Positions 1 through 12,212 of a stretch of DNA of 64,000 nucleotides are shown in pieces. Location of the stretch: assembly GCA_964187785.1 (NCBI GenBank), contig OZ076409.1:14262001-14326000 (forward strand), in the 5' to 3' direction. The position numbers were made by a program, and so were the translations under genes. This stretch comes from Amphiscolops sp. MND2022. Its lineage: Eukaryota. How positions within the stretch are numbered: the stretch's first letter is position 1; the number at the start of each line of letters is the position of its first letter. A model generated the notes under the pieces. The model did not search any database. It saw nothing but the letters and a program-made list of their open reading frames with translations, and was not told the origin of the DNA.

Positions 1-3000
1 TCTTTGATCTCGAAGATCAATCGAATATCCTTGAATGATCTTTGATCTCGAAGATCCTTGAATGATCTGTGATCTCGAAGATCTATCGATTATCTTTGAA
101 TGATCCGTGATCTCGAAGATCTATCGAAGATCCTTGAATGATCTTTGATCTCGAAGATCTTTCGAAGATCCTTGTTTGATCTTTGATCTCGAAAATCAAT
201 CGAAGGTCCTTGAATGATCTTTAATCTCGAAGATCTTCTGAAGATCCTTGAATGATCTGTGATCTCGAAGATCTATCGAAGATCCTTGAATGATCTTTAA
301 TCTCGAAGATCTATCGAAGATCCTTGAATGATCTCTGATCTCGAAGATATGTCGAAGATCCTTGAGTGATCCGTGATCTCGAAGATCTATCGAAGATCCT
401 CGAATGATCTTTGATCTCGAAGATCTTTCGAAGATCCTTGATTGATCTTTGATCTCGAAGATCAATCGAATTTCCTTGAATGATCTTGGATCTCGAAGAT
501 CTTTCGAAGATCCTTGATTGACCTTTGATCTCGAAGATCCTTGAAAGATCTTTGATCTCGAAGATCCTTGATTGATCTGTGATCTCGAAGATCTATCGAT
601 TATCTTTGAATGATCCGTGATCTCGAAGATCTATCGAAGATCCTTGAATGATCTTTAATCTCGAAGATCCTTGAATGATCTCTGATCTCGAAGATATGTC
701 GAAGATCCTTGAATGATCCGTGATCTCGAAGATCTATCGAAGATCCTTGAATGATCTCTGATCTCGAAGATATGTCGAAGATCCTTGAATGATCTGTGAT
801 CTCGAAGATCTATCGATTATCTTTGAATGATCCGTGATCTCGAAGATCTATCGAAGATCCTTGAATGATCTTTAATCTCGAAGATCTTTCGAAGATCCTT
901 GATTGATCTTTGATCTCGAAGATCAATCGAATATCCTTGAATGATCTTGGATCTCGAAGATCTTTCGAAGATCCTTGATTGACCTTTGATCTCGAAGATC
1001 AATCGAAGATGCTTGAAAGATCTTTGATCTCGAAGATCCTTGATTGATCTTTGATCTCGAAGATCAATCGAAGATCCTTGTATGAACTCTGATCTCGAAG
1101 ATCTTTCGGAGATCCTTGATTGATCTTTGATCTCGAAGATCAATCGAAGATCCTTGAATGATCTTTAATCTCAAAGACCTTCTGAAGATCCTTGAATGAT
1201 CTTTGATCTCGAATATCTTTCGAGGATCCTTGATTGATATTTGATCTCGAAGATCAATCGAAGATCCTTGTATGAACTCTGATCTCGAAGATCTTTCGGA
1301 GATCCTTGATTGATCTTTGATCTCGAAGATCAATCGAAGGTCCTTGAATGATCTTTAATCTCAAAGACCTTCTGAAGATCCTTGAATGATCTGTGATCTC
1401 GAAGATCTATCGAAGATCCTTGAATGATCTCTGATCTCGAAGATATGTCGAAGATCCTTCAATGATCCGTGATCTCGAAGATCTATCGAAGATCCTCGAA
1501 TGATCTTTGATCTCGAAGATCTTTCGAAGATCCTTGATTGATCTTTGATCTCGAAGATCAATCGAATATCCTTGAATGATCTTTGATCTCGAAGATCCTT
1601 GAATGATCTGTGATCTCGAAGATCTATCGATTATCTTTGAATGATCCGTGATCTCGAAGATCTATCGAAGATCCTTGAATGATCTTTGATCTCGAAGATC
1701 TTTCGAAGATCCTTGTTTGATCTTTGATCTCGAAAATCAATCGAAGGTCCTTGAATGATCTTTAATCTCGAAGATCTTCTGAAGATCCTTGAATGATCTG
1801 TGATCTCGAAGATCTATCGAAGATCCTTGAATGATCTTTAATCTCGAAGATCTATCGAAGATCCTTGAATGATCTCTGATCTCGAAGATATGTCGAAGAT
1901 CCTTGAGTGATCCGTGATCTCGAAGATCTATCGAAGATCCTCGAATGATCTTTGATCTCGAAGATCTTTCGAAGATCCTTGATTGATCTTTGATCTCGAA
2001 GATCAATCGAATATCCTTGAATGATCTTGGATCTCGAAGATCTTTCGAAGATCCTTGATTGACCTTTGATCTCGAAGATCAATCGAAGATCCTTGAAAGA
2101 TCTTTGATCTCGAAGATCCTTGAATGATCTGTGATCTCGAAGATCTATCGATTATCTTTGAATGATCCGTGATCTCGAAGATCTATCGAAGATCCTTGAA
2201 TGATCTTTAATCTCGGAGATCTTTCGAAGATCTTTGATTGATCTTTGATCTCGAAGATCAATCGAAGGTCCTTGAATGATCTTCAATCTCGAAGATCTTC
2301 TGAAGATCCTTGAATGATCTGTGATCTCGAAGATCTATCGAAGATCCTTGAATGATCTTTAATCTCGAAGATCTTCTGAAGATCCTTGAATGATCTGTGA
2401 TCTCGAACATCTATCGAAGATCCTTGAATGATTCGTGATGTCGAAGATCTATCGAAGATCCTTGTATGATCCGTGATCTCGAAGATCAATCGAAGATCCT
2501 TGAATGATTCGTGATGTCGAAGATCTATCGAAGATCCTTGTATGATCCGTGATCTCGAAGATCTATCGAAGATCCTTGTATGATCTTTGATCTCGAAGAT
2601 CTTTCGAAGATCCTTGAATGATCTTTGATTTTGAAGATCTTCCGAAAATCCTTGAATGATCTTTGATCTCGAAGATCTTCCGAAGGTACTCGAATGATCT
2701 TTGCTCTCGAAGATCTTTGGAAGATCTTTTAATGATCCTAGGTCTCGATATTTTTTCGAAGATCCTAAATGATCTTTGACATTGAAGATCTGAAGATCCT
2801 TGAAAGATCTTTGATCTCCAAGATCTTCCGAAGAGCCTTGAATGATCCTCAATCTCGATGATCTTCCGAGCATCCTTGAAGTTTCTTTGATCTCGACGAT
2901 CTTGTGAAGATCCTTGAACCATCCTTGATCTCGAAGATCGTTCCTTGAATGATCTTTGAATGATTTTTAATCTCGAAGATCTTCCGAAGATCCTTGAACG

Positions 3001-6000
3001 AACTTTGATCTCGAAGATCTTGGAAAGATCGTTGAATGATCCTTGATCTCGATATTCTTTCGAAGATCCTTGAATGATCTTTGATATTGAAGATCTTCTG
3101 AAGATCCTTTAATAATCTCTTGATCTCGATGGTCTTTCGAAGATCCTTGTATGATCTTTGATCTCGAAGATCTTCTGAAGATACTTGAATGATCCTCGGT
3201 CTCGATATTTTTTCGAAGATCCTTGAATGATCTTTGATATTGAAGATCTTCTGAAGTTCTTTGAATGATCTCTGATCTCGAAGATCTTTCAAGGACCCTT
3301 GAATGATCTTTGATCTCGAAGATCTTCCGAAGATCCTTGATGACATTTGATCTCGAAGATATTCGAAGAGGGAGGGGGAATAAGATCTAAAGAATAAGAT
3401 CTAAAAGAATAAGGTCTAAAATTGTGACATGCTCAACTTCGAAAGGGGGAATAAGATCTATCAAAAAGCCTTAAAAGATCTTTGATCTCGAAGATCCTTG
3501 ATTGATCTTTGATCTCGAAGATCAATCGAAGATCCTTGATTGATCTTTGATCTCGAAGATCAACCGAATATCCTTGAATGATCTTTGATCTCGAAGATCT
3601 TTCGAAGATCCTTGATTGATCTTTGATCTCGAAGATCAATCGATGATCTTTGAATGATCCGTGATCTCGAAGATCTATCGAAGATCCTTGTATGATCTTT
3701 GATCTCGAAGATCTTTTGGAGATCCTTGATTGATCTTTGATCTCGAAGATCTATCGAAGATCTCTGTATGATTTTTAATTTCGAAGATCTATTGAAGATC
3801 CTTGAATGATCTTTAATCTCGAAGATCTATCGAAGATCCTTGAATGATCTTTAATCTCGAAGATCTTCTGAAGATCCTTGAATGATCTGTGATCTCGAAG
3901 ATCTATCGAAGATCCTTGAATGATCTTTAATCTCGAAGATCTATCGAAGATCCTTGAATGAACTCTGATCTCGAAGATATGTCGAAGATCCTTGAGTGAT
4001 CCGTGATCTCGAAGATCTATCGAAGATCCTCGAATGATCTTTGATCTCGAAGATCTTTCGAAGATCCTTGATTGATCTTTGATCTCGAAGATCAATCGAA
4101 TATCCTTGAATGATCTTGGATCTCGAAGATCTTTCGAAGATCCTTGATTGACCTTTGATCTCGAAGATCAATCGAAGATCCTTGAAAGATCTTTGATCTC
4201 GAAGATCCTTGAATGATCTGTGATCTCGAAGATCTATCGATTATCTTTGAATGATCCGTGATCTCGAAGATCTATCGAAGATCCTTGAATGATCTTTAAT
4301 CTCGGAGATCTTTCGAAGATCTTTGATTGATCTTTGATGTCGAAGATCAATCGAAGGTCCTTGAATGATCTTCAATCTCGAAGATCTTCTGAAGATCCTT
4401 GAATGATCTGTGATCTCGAAGATCTATCGAAGATCCTTGAATGATCTTTAATCTCGAAGATCTTCTGAAGATCCTTGAATGATCTGTGATCTCGAACATC
4501 TATCGAAGATCCTTGAATGATTCGTGATGTCGAAGATCTATCGAAGATCCTTGTATGATCCGTGATCTCGAAGATCAATCGAAGATCCTTGAATGATTCG
4601 TGATGTCGAAGATCTATCGAAGATCCTTGTATGATCCGTGATCTCGAAGATCTATCGAAGATCCTTGTATGATCTTTGATCTCGAAGATCTTTCGAAGAT
4701 CCTTGAATGATCTTTGATTTTGAAGATCTTCCGAAAATCCTTGAATGATCTTTGATCTCGAAGATCTTCCGAAGGTACTCGAATGATCTTTGCTCTCGAA
4801 GATCTTTGGAAGATCTTTTAATGATCCTAGGTCTCGATATTTTTTCGAAGATCCTAAATGATCTTTGACATTGAAGATCTGAAGATCCTTGAAAGATCTT
4901 TGATCTCCAAGATCTTCCGAAGAGCCTTGAATGATCCTCAATCTCGATGATCTTCCGAGCATCCTTGAAGTTTCTTTGATCTCGACGATCTTGTGAAGAT
5001 CCTTGAACCATCCTTGATCTCGAAGATCGTTCCTTGAATGATCTTTGAATGATTTTTAATCTCGAAGATCTTCCGAAGATCCTTGAACGAACTTTGATCT
5101 CGAAGATCTTGGAAAGATCGTTGAATGATCCTTGATCTCGATATTCTTTCGAAGATCCTTGAATGATCTTTGATATTGAAGATCTTCTGAAGATCCTTTA
5201 ATAATCTCTTGATCTCGATGGTCTTTCGAAGATCCTTGTATGATCTTTGATCTCGAAGATCTTCTGAAGATACTTGAATGATCCTCGGTCTCGATATTTT
5301 TTCGAAGATCCTTGAATGATCTTTGATATTGAAGATCTTCTGAAGTTCTTTGAATGATCTCTGATCTCGAAGATCTTTCAAGGACCCTTGAATGATCTTT
5401 GATCTCGAAGATCTTCCGAAGATCCTTGATGACATTTGATCTCGAAGATATTCGAAGAGGGAGGGGGAATAAGATCTAAAGAATAAGATCTAAAAGAATA
5501 AGGTCTAAAATTGTGACATGCTCAACTTCGAAAGGGGGAATAAGATCTATCAAAAAGCCTTAAAAGATCTTTGATCTCGAAGATCCTTGATTGATCTTTG
5601 ATCTCGAAGATCAATCGAAGATCCTTGATTGATCTTTGATCTCGAAGATCAACCGAATATCCTTGAATGATCTTTGATCTCGAAGATCTTTCGAAGATCC
5701 TTGATTGATCTTTGATCTCGAAGATCAATCGATGATCTTTGAATGATCCGTGATCTCGAAGATCTATCGAAGATCCTTGTATGATCTTTGATCTCGAAGA
5801 TCTTTTGGAGATCCTTGATTGATCTTTGATCTCGAAGATCTATCGAAGATCTCTGTATGATTTTTAATTTCGAAGATCTATTGAAGATCCTTGAATGATC
5901 TTTAATCTCGAAGATCTATCGAAGATCCTTGAATGATATTTGACCTCAAAGATCTATCGAAGATCGTTGAATGATTTTTAATCTCGAAGATCTTTGAATG

Positions 6001-6128
6001 ATCTTTGGTCGCGAAGATCTATCGAAGATCCTTGAATGATCTTTGGTCTCGAAGATCTATCGAAGATCCTTGAATGATCTTTGGTCTCGAAGATCAATGG
6101 AAGATCCTTGAATGACTTTTGATCTGGG
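1..6128. repeat. GATC-rich tandem satellite with a 38-bp consensus unit; continues beyond the window start
   Basis: Consensus gaagatccttgaatgatctttgatctcgaagatctatc, with 27-bp variants lacking the last 11 nt. Near-identical blocks at offsets 1541 (196 vs 1737) and 2089 (2283 vs 4372; 3433 vs 5522). Array ends at ...gacttttgatctggg. Confidence 0.97.
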
Positions 6129-6761
6129 AGAACTTCTGGAAATCCTCAAGTGATTTTGTTCAATCGTTAACTGCATTGTTATTGATTGCAGTGATGTGTC
6201 TTGTTTAGTGTTGGCCCGTCTATATTTACGAAACTCAGTGAATTAGGCCCAAGTCATTATATATAATAGGTTAGATCTCGTTGCTTGTATCAGTTTTTTT
6301 GGAAGGTTTAAGCCGTTTTCATTTGACCGAGGGAAACGGAACAGTATCTGAAGGGATTATATCTAAACCAATCAGTTTACTCGAATTAACATGGTTGAAG
6401 GGGTTCTGACCAATCAGACAATTTTTAGATACTATTCCTTTAGATTCTGTTACCGTTCACCATTTGACCGATTTCTATGATTTAAAGGTCTTTGACATCG
6501 CTAAACCTAAGCATGTTCCTCAAGGAGCGTTAATTTCTGATAGTACAAGTGCTAATACGCCATGAGTTGATAAAGCTTTCAAACCTCATCGGTAAGGTAT
6601 TCTTTGAAACCTCTCAGAAACTGCTGCAACTGATTATAACATGATAACACAAGAGATGAAGACAGCAAAACACAAACTATTTCATAGAAATCAAGAACAT
6701 AACAATTACAAAAAGATATGTCATAGTTTATGCATATCCGGTCTACTATGACTGCACATAT

Positions 6762-7283
6762 CTAGTTCTCTTCAGTCGTTTCTTCTCTACACTCCTCGAA
6801 ACGTGATCCATCTGCATCTGTAGCATTGTTCTTATCATTGCTCGATTCCTCGATCTCGTTACCAACGCTCGGTACATCGATCTCATCAGGATTCGTGGCT
6901 GGGTCACCAACTGCAAGTCCTTCACTTTCCTCTGTTGGGTCGGTTAGATCTTCTGTGAGGTCAATCACAACCACATCAGACACCTCGTTAGATACAGCCG
7001 ACTCAACCTTGCATCTTTTCGGCTTTTTAAATGATATTCGTTTCATCCCCTTCAAAGCCGGGTTAGCCCAGGGCATCGGCGGTAGTGCTTGCGATCGCAT
7101 GGTCGCCTCGGCCACCTCTTTTTGGATCAATTCCTTAATATTAGCTGGCATTCCCGAGGATGCTTTGAGAACTACAGCGATGTTTTTGTTCGTTTCAGCC
7201 CTCAAAGAGTTGGCCTCCTCTTGGGTTTTGCCCAATTCACATAACAAAATAGCCACCGCTCTTGCCAGCACATCTTGTGGCAC
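6762..7283 (-). pseudogene. Unassigned coding-like fragment (173 aa, acidic tail), possibly a TE or gene relic
   Basis: Protein-like composition: helical N-part, basic KRISFKKPKR, VVVIDLT, acidic tail. GTG start; the frame extends upstream to a TGA near 7386. No family recognised. Confidence 0.3.
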
Positions 7284-8529
7284 ATCCTCCAGGTCGGGTA
7301 GGGATTTTCCGATGTTTCGTTTAAACCTTTCGAGGGGTCCGTCGATTCGATCCTGTAAGGATCGGACGCCTTCTGAATCGGTGTCTCAAAAAGCTAGCAC
7401 GGAAACTTCTAGTTTAATTTGTTTTTATTTTTTTCAGATAATAAAATACGTCAATTTCAAGATCAAGATGTTTCCTTCCAATAAAATAGAGGTCAAAAAC
7501 GTTAAAAATTGAAACAAAACACCAAAAAAATGAAACGGGGAAATTTAATTGCATAGAATTGAACAATGTTAGCTAGTTTTGAGGCACCGACCCAAGATAT
7601 TGCGTTTGGCTCCCAAAATTTTCGAATGTAAGTCTTTCTGACTATCCATTTTTTGTATGTTTCGAATAGTGTGTCTTTTCAATAAAAGCTTTTATGGCAA
7701 CTGATTGTTTCGTCTTTTATCATTTAGTATTTTGTAGGTTTGCTAATTACCAGTTGGAAAACTGGTTCGAATGCTCTTTTTGTTCCAAGTTCCATCGTTT
7801 TTTGTCCGATTGATCTTTGACTGTCTAATTATTTGATGATTGGCACACCCCGGCTCCATAATACAGACAATTTTCTTTGGTTGTTGACAAATTGCAATGC
7901 TGACCGTTTGTAACGCATCATAGAAAATTGCCAAAAATTGAAGCCTAATCGTTTCATTGTTTACAAATATCAGCAATCTCAAATTTTTCAGTAGTAGTAG
8001 TAGTAGTAGTAGCAGTACCAGGATGATTGACAGGTGGTGGTGTCTGCAAACGAAAGCCGAAAAGTAGTCGTTGAAAATTACGTAATCCGATTATCTCATT
8101 GTTTTCCGAGACGGAGACAATTTCCTCCATTATAATATAGATTATTCCTTTCAAATATATCGAAGTATATATTTTCATATACCGACTCGCTATTTCAAAT
8201 GTTTCGAATATCCTTTGGTTACGTAAGTTAAATCTTCAAAGAATGACCAAACCTTCAGAAAAGTCCAGACGTTTTTACCCGTCATTTTTGATCCGAATAA
8301 AAGTTGTCATGACTGACAAGCTGAATACCAATGTTCAGAATTGTTTCGAAATGTTTGTCGACAAATAATTGAAACGTTTGGAGCGCAAAAAAATTTATGC
8401 GTTCTTTTTTATGGTCCACTTAGTATGTTGTTTAGCTGATGAGTTTTTCAAAAAAAGTAACTTGTATCTCAAGGTCTCATGAACGCGAGGTCTGGTGGCG
8501 AGGTCTGAGAAGCATGAGGACAGGGGTTG

Positions 8530-9202
8530 GGGTCCCGCACTAAAAAAAATTATGCTTGCAAAGGTTGCGGAAAGAGCACCGGGGTCACCCCTCTGAGGTT
8601 GTTTCGGCACTATGCATTTTTTTACTATCGAAGTCTCCCCTTGCGCTTCAGCAGAAACAAAGTTTTTTGCGAGCGTATATAGGGCTCTCTGAGGGTTTTT
8701 TCGGCACTGTGTGACTTACCGAAATGTTTTTCCTAAAAATTTTCACAATTTTTGGTTAGACAACCATGTTCCTACTCTTAATGGTGCCATCTTTGGTTTT
8801 TTTTGGATCCTGTGGGACTTCGGGGTCAGAGTTTACTCAATAACTGGAAAAGAACTACGGTTTTTTCGGCTCTAAGCGACTTTTCGGAAATTTTTTTAAT
8901 TCGTCAAAAGGTACGCCCTTCACTTTCAAAGTTTTCTGCTTGAAAAAAGTTTCACGAACTTGAAGGGTCTCCTTTTGGGTTTTTGGCAGTATGACATTTT
9001 TCTGAAAAAGTTTCAAATTTTTGTTTCAAAAAATGTTTGAGTTAGTGAAAAGTTGTTTTCGAGTCTAATGGGTATCCCTTCGAGTATTTTTGGCACTGTA
9101 AATTTGATGAAATATTTCACAATAGTGTCCTTTGGCATATTCAAAGCACTTTGCTCTTTATGAACCTTGAGCGGGGCACCGACATGGATCGTTCAGTTTG
9201 TT
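8530..9202 (+). mobile_element. Dispersed non-autonomous repeat with a Helitron/Helentron-like end (copy A; left boundary approximate)
   Basis: Ends in ttgagcggggcaccgac...gtttgtt. The same GC-rich terminus recurs at ~9790, 11027, 34612 and 36561. Interior resembles 34700-35050 and 45800-46200 in reverse. Confidence 0.45.
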
Positions 9203-9499
9203 TTCCCGGTGAAGACCAGCGAACTCACAGATTTTTAAGAATCATTTTCCCAGATAAATTTCTAACTTGCAAGTTGACTGGACCTAATGGTTTCCGTAAT
9301 ATAGCCTAGTGGTTCGTGCGGGAGTGACAGGGGCTCGAGAGCAGGGGTTCCTGTGTTGCAATCCCGTAACAGTTTTTTTGCTTTTAGCAAAAGTAAGGCC
9401 GATCAAAGAATCCCTCATTTGTTTTTTTGGCCTTGTTCATAAAAAAATTCGTTTGATGAAATTGACTCCCTTCACTTTTAAAAATGTTTTCGGTTTTGG

Positions 9500-9790
9500 A
9501 AAAAGCGCTTTGTGTGTCTGTAGGGTCTCTGGCACTATGCGGTTTTTAAAAGCAATTTTCTGGAGGAAAAACGAAAATTGGTTTTTCGATTGTTCCAGCT
9601 GTTTTCGAGTCTCAAAGGTACCTCTTCGATTTTTTCCCGAAACTTTGCTCTTGATACACTGGAGATTTTCACAATACATACATATTTTACACATATTTCT
9701 CTTTACACGCACATGTCTCTTCACATATTTAAAACATTTTGCTCTTTTTGAAGGTTGAGCGGTCGCCGACTTGGGCCGTTTCCGGCTTTT
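9500..9790 (+). mobile_element. Same Helitron-like family (copy B, partial; left boundary approximate)
   Basis: Terminus ttgagcggtcgccgacttgggccgtttccggctttt. Confidence 0.45.
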
Positions 9791-10477
9791 CATGTCCTTG
9801 CTCTGTTGAAACCAAGACATTCTTCAGGCCCGAATTAATAGATTTATTTAGCTTTTCAAATTTTCAACTCCATAATCAAATGAATGCTTCATAAACCTGA
9901 TAAAGTGCAAATTGACTTTATTTCACATGAAATTATTGCTTTGCAGACCGTAAGTGATGATTTCGTGATAAGTAGGGAGCTCTTTGTGACCTTGGTTCGA
10001 ACCAGAGGATCTTCTTTGAACGGAATGAAAAACAGCCGACATACGAACGTATCAAAGAGTTTTGTGCAGGCCTAGGGCATTTGTTTTGTGTGTTAGGTGC
10101 CGACATTAATCACTTGCAGAGAGCAATCAATTAATTGCGCCATTATTTTCACTCCTTTTGATTGAACCCTCGGAATAGTCTCGTTCTTGCTAAAAACGTA
10201 GTCGCTAAAATAGTGAACTTCAATATACCATCGGTGCATAGTCGTGTAAATCCAAGTTATACATTACGTATTATTTGTATATTTTTACCGTCTTTTAGAT
10301 TTTTAAAACCGTAAAGTCGTTTGTTTGTGTGTTCATCGCGTGGAAGCAACCAAACTTCAGAAAGCTGCTAGTGATTTCATTTTCATTCTCTTCCATGTCA
10401 TTCTGATAAAAACCAATGACTGCAGTCTGTGTGCGAGTGAATGAGCAAAAGTCATTCTGGAAGCTAAGCTTCTGAAC

Positions 10478-10819
10478 CAAAGCTTTGACATCGCCTATTT
10501 TTTCGCCAATAGGTAAACCGCCTATTTCAAAATCGCTATTTCGCTGAAAAGCCTTTTATATCAAACTATTATATATTTGAATTCAAGAATGCTTTAAATA
10601 TAAAAGATAACCTTATACAATTTTTGCAAGACGAAAACTAGAATTTTTTTAACTGTGTGGTTTTACAGATGAATAGACAAACTCCTTGTAATTTCCGAGG
10701 AAATTTTGAATTTGGACAACCTCGTAGTTGCCGCTAATTTGAATCGCTAACAGAATCGCTGAAAAATTCTGTGAGGCCACTAATTCGCTAAATTGCTGAT
10801 TAGGCGTGTTAAAACTCAG
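10478..10819. mobile_element. Degenerate hAT-like MITE
   Basis: Imperfect inverted ends caaagctttgacatcgcctat / attaggcgtgttaaaactcag, with clustered subterminal cgct/cgcc motifs at both ends. No clean TSD. Confidence 0.3.
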
Positions 10820-11026
10820 TCTAGAATCCTCTTAACATCTGAAGTTGCGATACGAAATTGTATTTATTAGAAATTTCGTGGGAATGATCGCGTGGCTGAA
10901 AAACTAATCGGGTTTGTGCGTCCTGTATCCTTTATTTCGCGTGCTTTTTTTGTGAATCGTGTCCATTAGACTGACTCCATATATATTAAAAGTTATTTAA
11001 GTCTCTCACAGCAAAGTGCATTTAAA

Positions 11027-11180
11027 AACAAGCCGGAAACGACCCAAGTAGGCGCCCGCTTAGGGCTCAAAAAGCTAAATCTCGTAAATGTCCATAGACA
11101 GCTATTGTCGAAAAATGGAGATTCTTATGGCTCGGGAAAAGCTTTTCCCAGCTAAAAACATCAAAACTGAGACCTTATTG
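11027..11180 (-). mobile_element. Same Helitron-like family (copy C, terminal fragment)
   Basis: aacaagccggaaacgacccaagtaggcgcccgct is the reverse complement of the family terminus. Confidence 0.4.
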
Positions 11181-11480
11181 GTCTTTATAGTTCTATAAAC
11201 GGAGTAAAAATTATATGATTAGATATATCATTAGTAGAGCAACCATAAAGGAATGAAGGGCTATAAGGGCTAAAATAAGTGAAAGGGAATATTATGAAGA
11301 AATAATAGCAAAAATCAATCTTAACTGTATATTGCCGCTATTTGTAGATGTAATACGCTCGAGCAGACTGTTTTGCAATTTGTTTACTGACCAAGTGCTT
11401 TCAAATTAAATTTGTATTTGTTTAACTTCTTTAAAAATTGTAAATTCAACATTCAAAATAGCATCCAAGTTACTCGGTAT

Positions 11481-12212
11481 CAGGCTTGTGCGTTTTTCAC
11501 GGAAGTTTTCGCCGAATTTCACGCCACATTTCACGGCAATTTTTACGTAATTTCACGCTCTATTTCACGCACAAAGACTGAATACACGCTCATTTCACGC
11601 TACATTTATGCTTTTTCAAAAAAATTGATACATCCAAAAATGTTAATTAGTTACAATTTTCCAGCGTTGAAATACAGGAACAAAAGTTTCTCAAGATTCT
11701 CTTCTTTAAAATTTCTTCTGTCGTCTGTCAGAATGTTGTTGTAGTAGGAGATTGTTCTCTCGACGCCCGCCGACGACCCAACTAAGTAACCATACTTCTT
11801 CATAGTACCAGCCAAATGCGACAAAGTAACTGTGTTGGACTGCCAAAAATCTTTGACAACTTGAACTTCATTTTTGATTGCTTCCATTTCAAACTGGTTG
11901 TCTGCTGTAATTTTTGAAACGAAGTTTCTTGCTTGACGTCTGTACTCAGCTAATGTATTCCACGATTACAAATAAGAAACGCTTGTTGAGAGAATCGCGA
12001 GTGTATTATAATTCCCAACTTTTATATTTCTCAGAAATGTCTGCCAACTCTGTGAGACAAATGCGAGTGAGCTGAATTTCTTCGATTTTACATTTCTCAG
12101 AAATATATAGCCGATTTCACGCTCATTTACACGCCATTACACGCAAAAATCAAATCTGTCAATTACACGCTATTTTACACGCAATTCACGCCGTGACATA
12201 CGCACAAGCCTG
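11481..12212 (-). mobile_element. Internally deleted hAT transposon (inner element, 732 bp)
   Basis: 22-bp TIRs caggcttgtgcgt(tttt/atgt)cacgg. 8-bp TSD ctcggtat at 11473-11480 and 12213-12220. Subterminal ttcacg/tacacg repeats. Confidence 0.93.
11651..11887 (-). pseudogene. hAT transposase C-terminal dimerisation-domain fragment
   Basis: FW...SSAGVERTISYYNNILTDDRRNFKEENLEKLLFL matches the hATC SSAxVERxFS...ENLEKLL pattern. Confidence 0.85.

Noticed and set aside
196..5728. Many minus-strand ORFs (IFEIKDHSRIF...)
   Set aside because: These are translations of the 38-bp satellite. The unit is not a multiple of 3, the same peptides cycle through all frames, and most starts are non-ATG.
1..6128. 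CRISPR-like array
   Set aside because: No unique spacers, no cas genes, and the context is eukaryotic.
6826..7512. 228-aa plus-strand ORF
   Set aside because: Ser/Leu-rich antisense shadow of the minus frame, with a TTG start.
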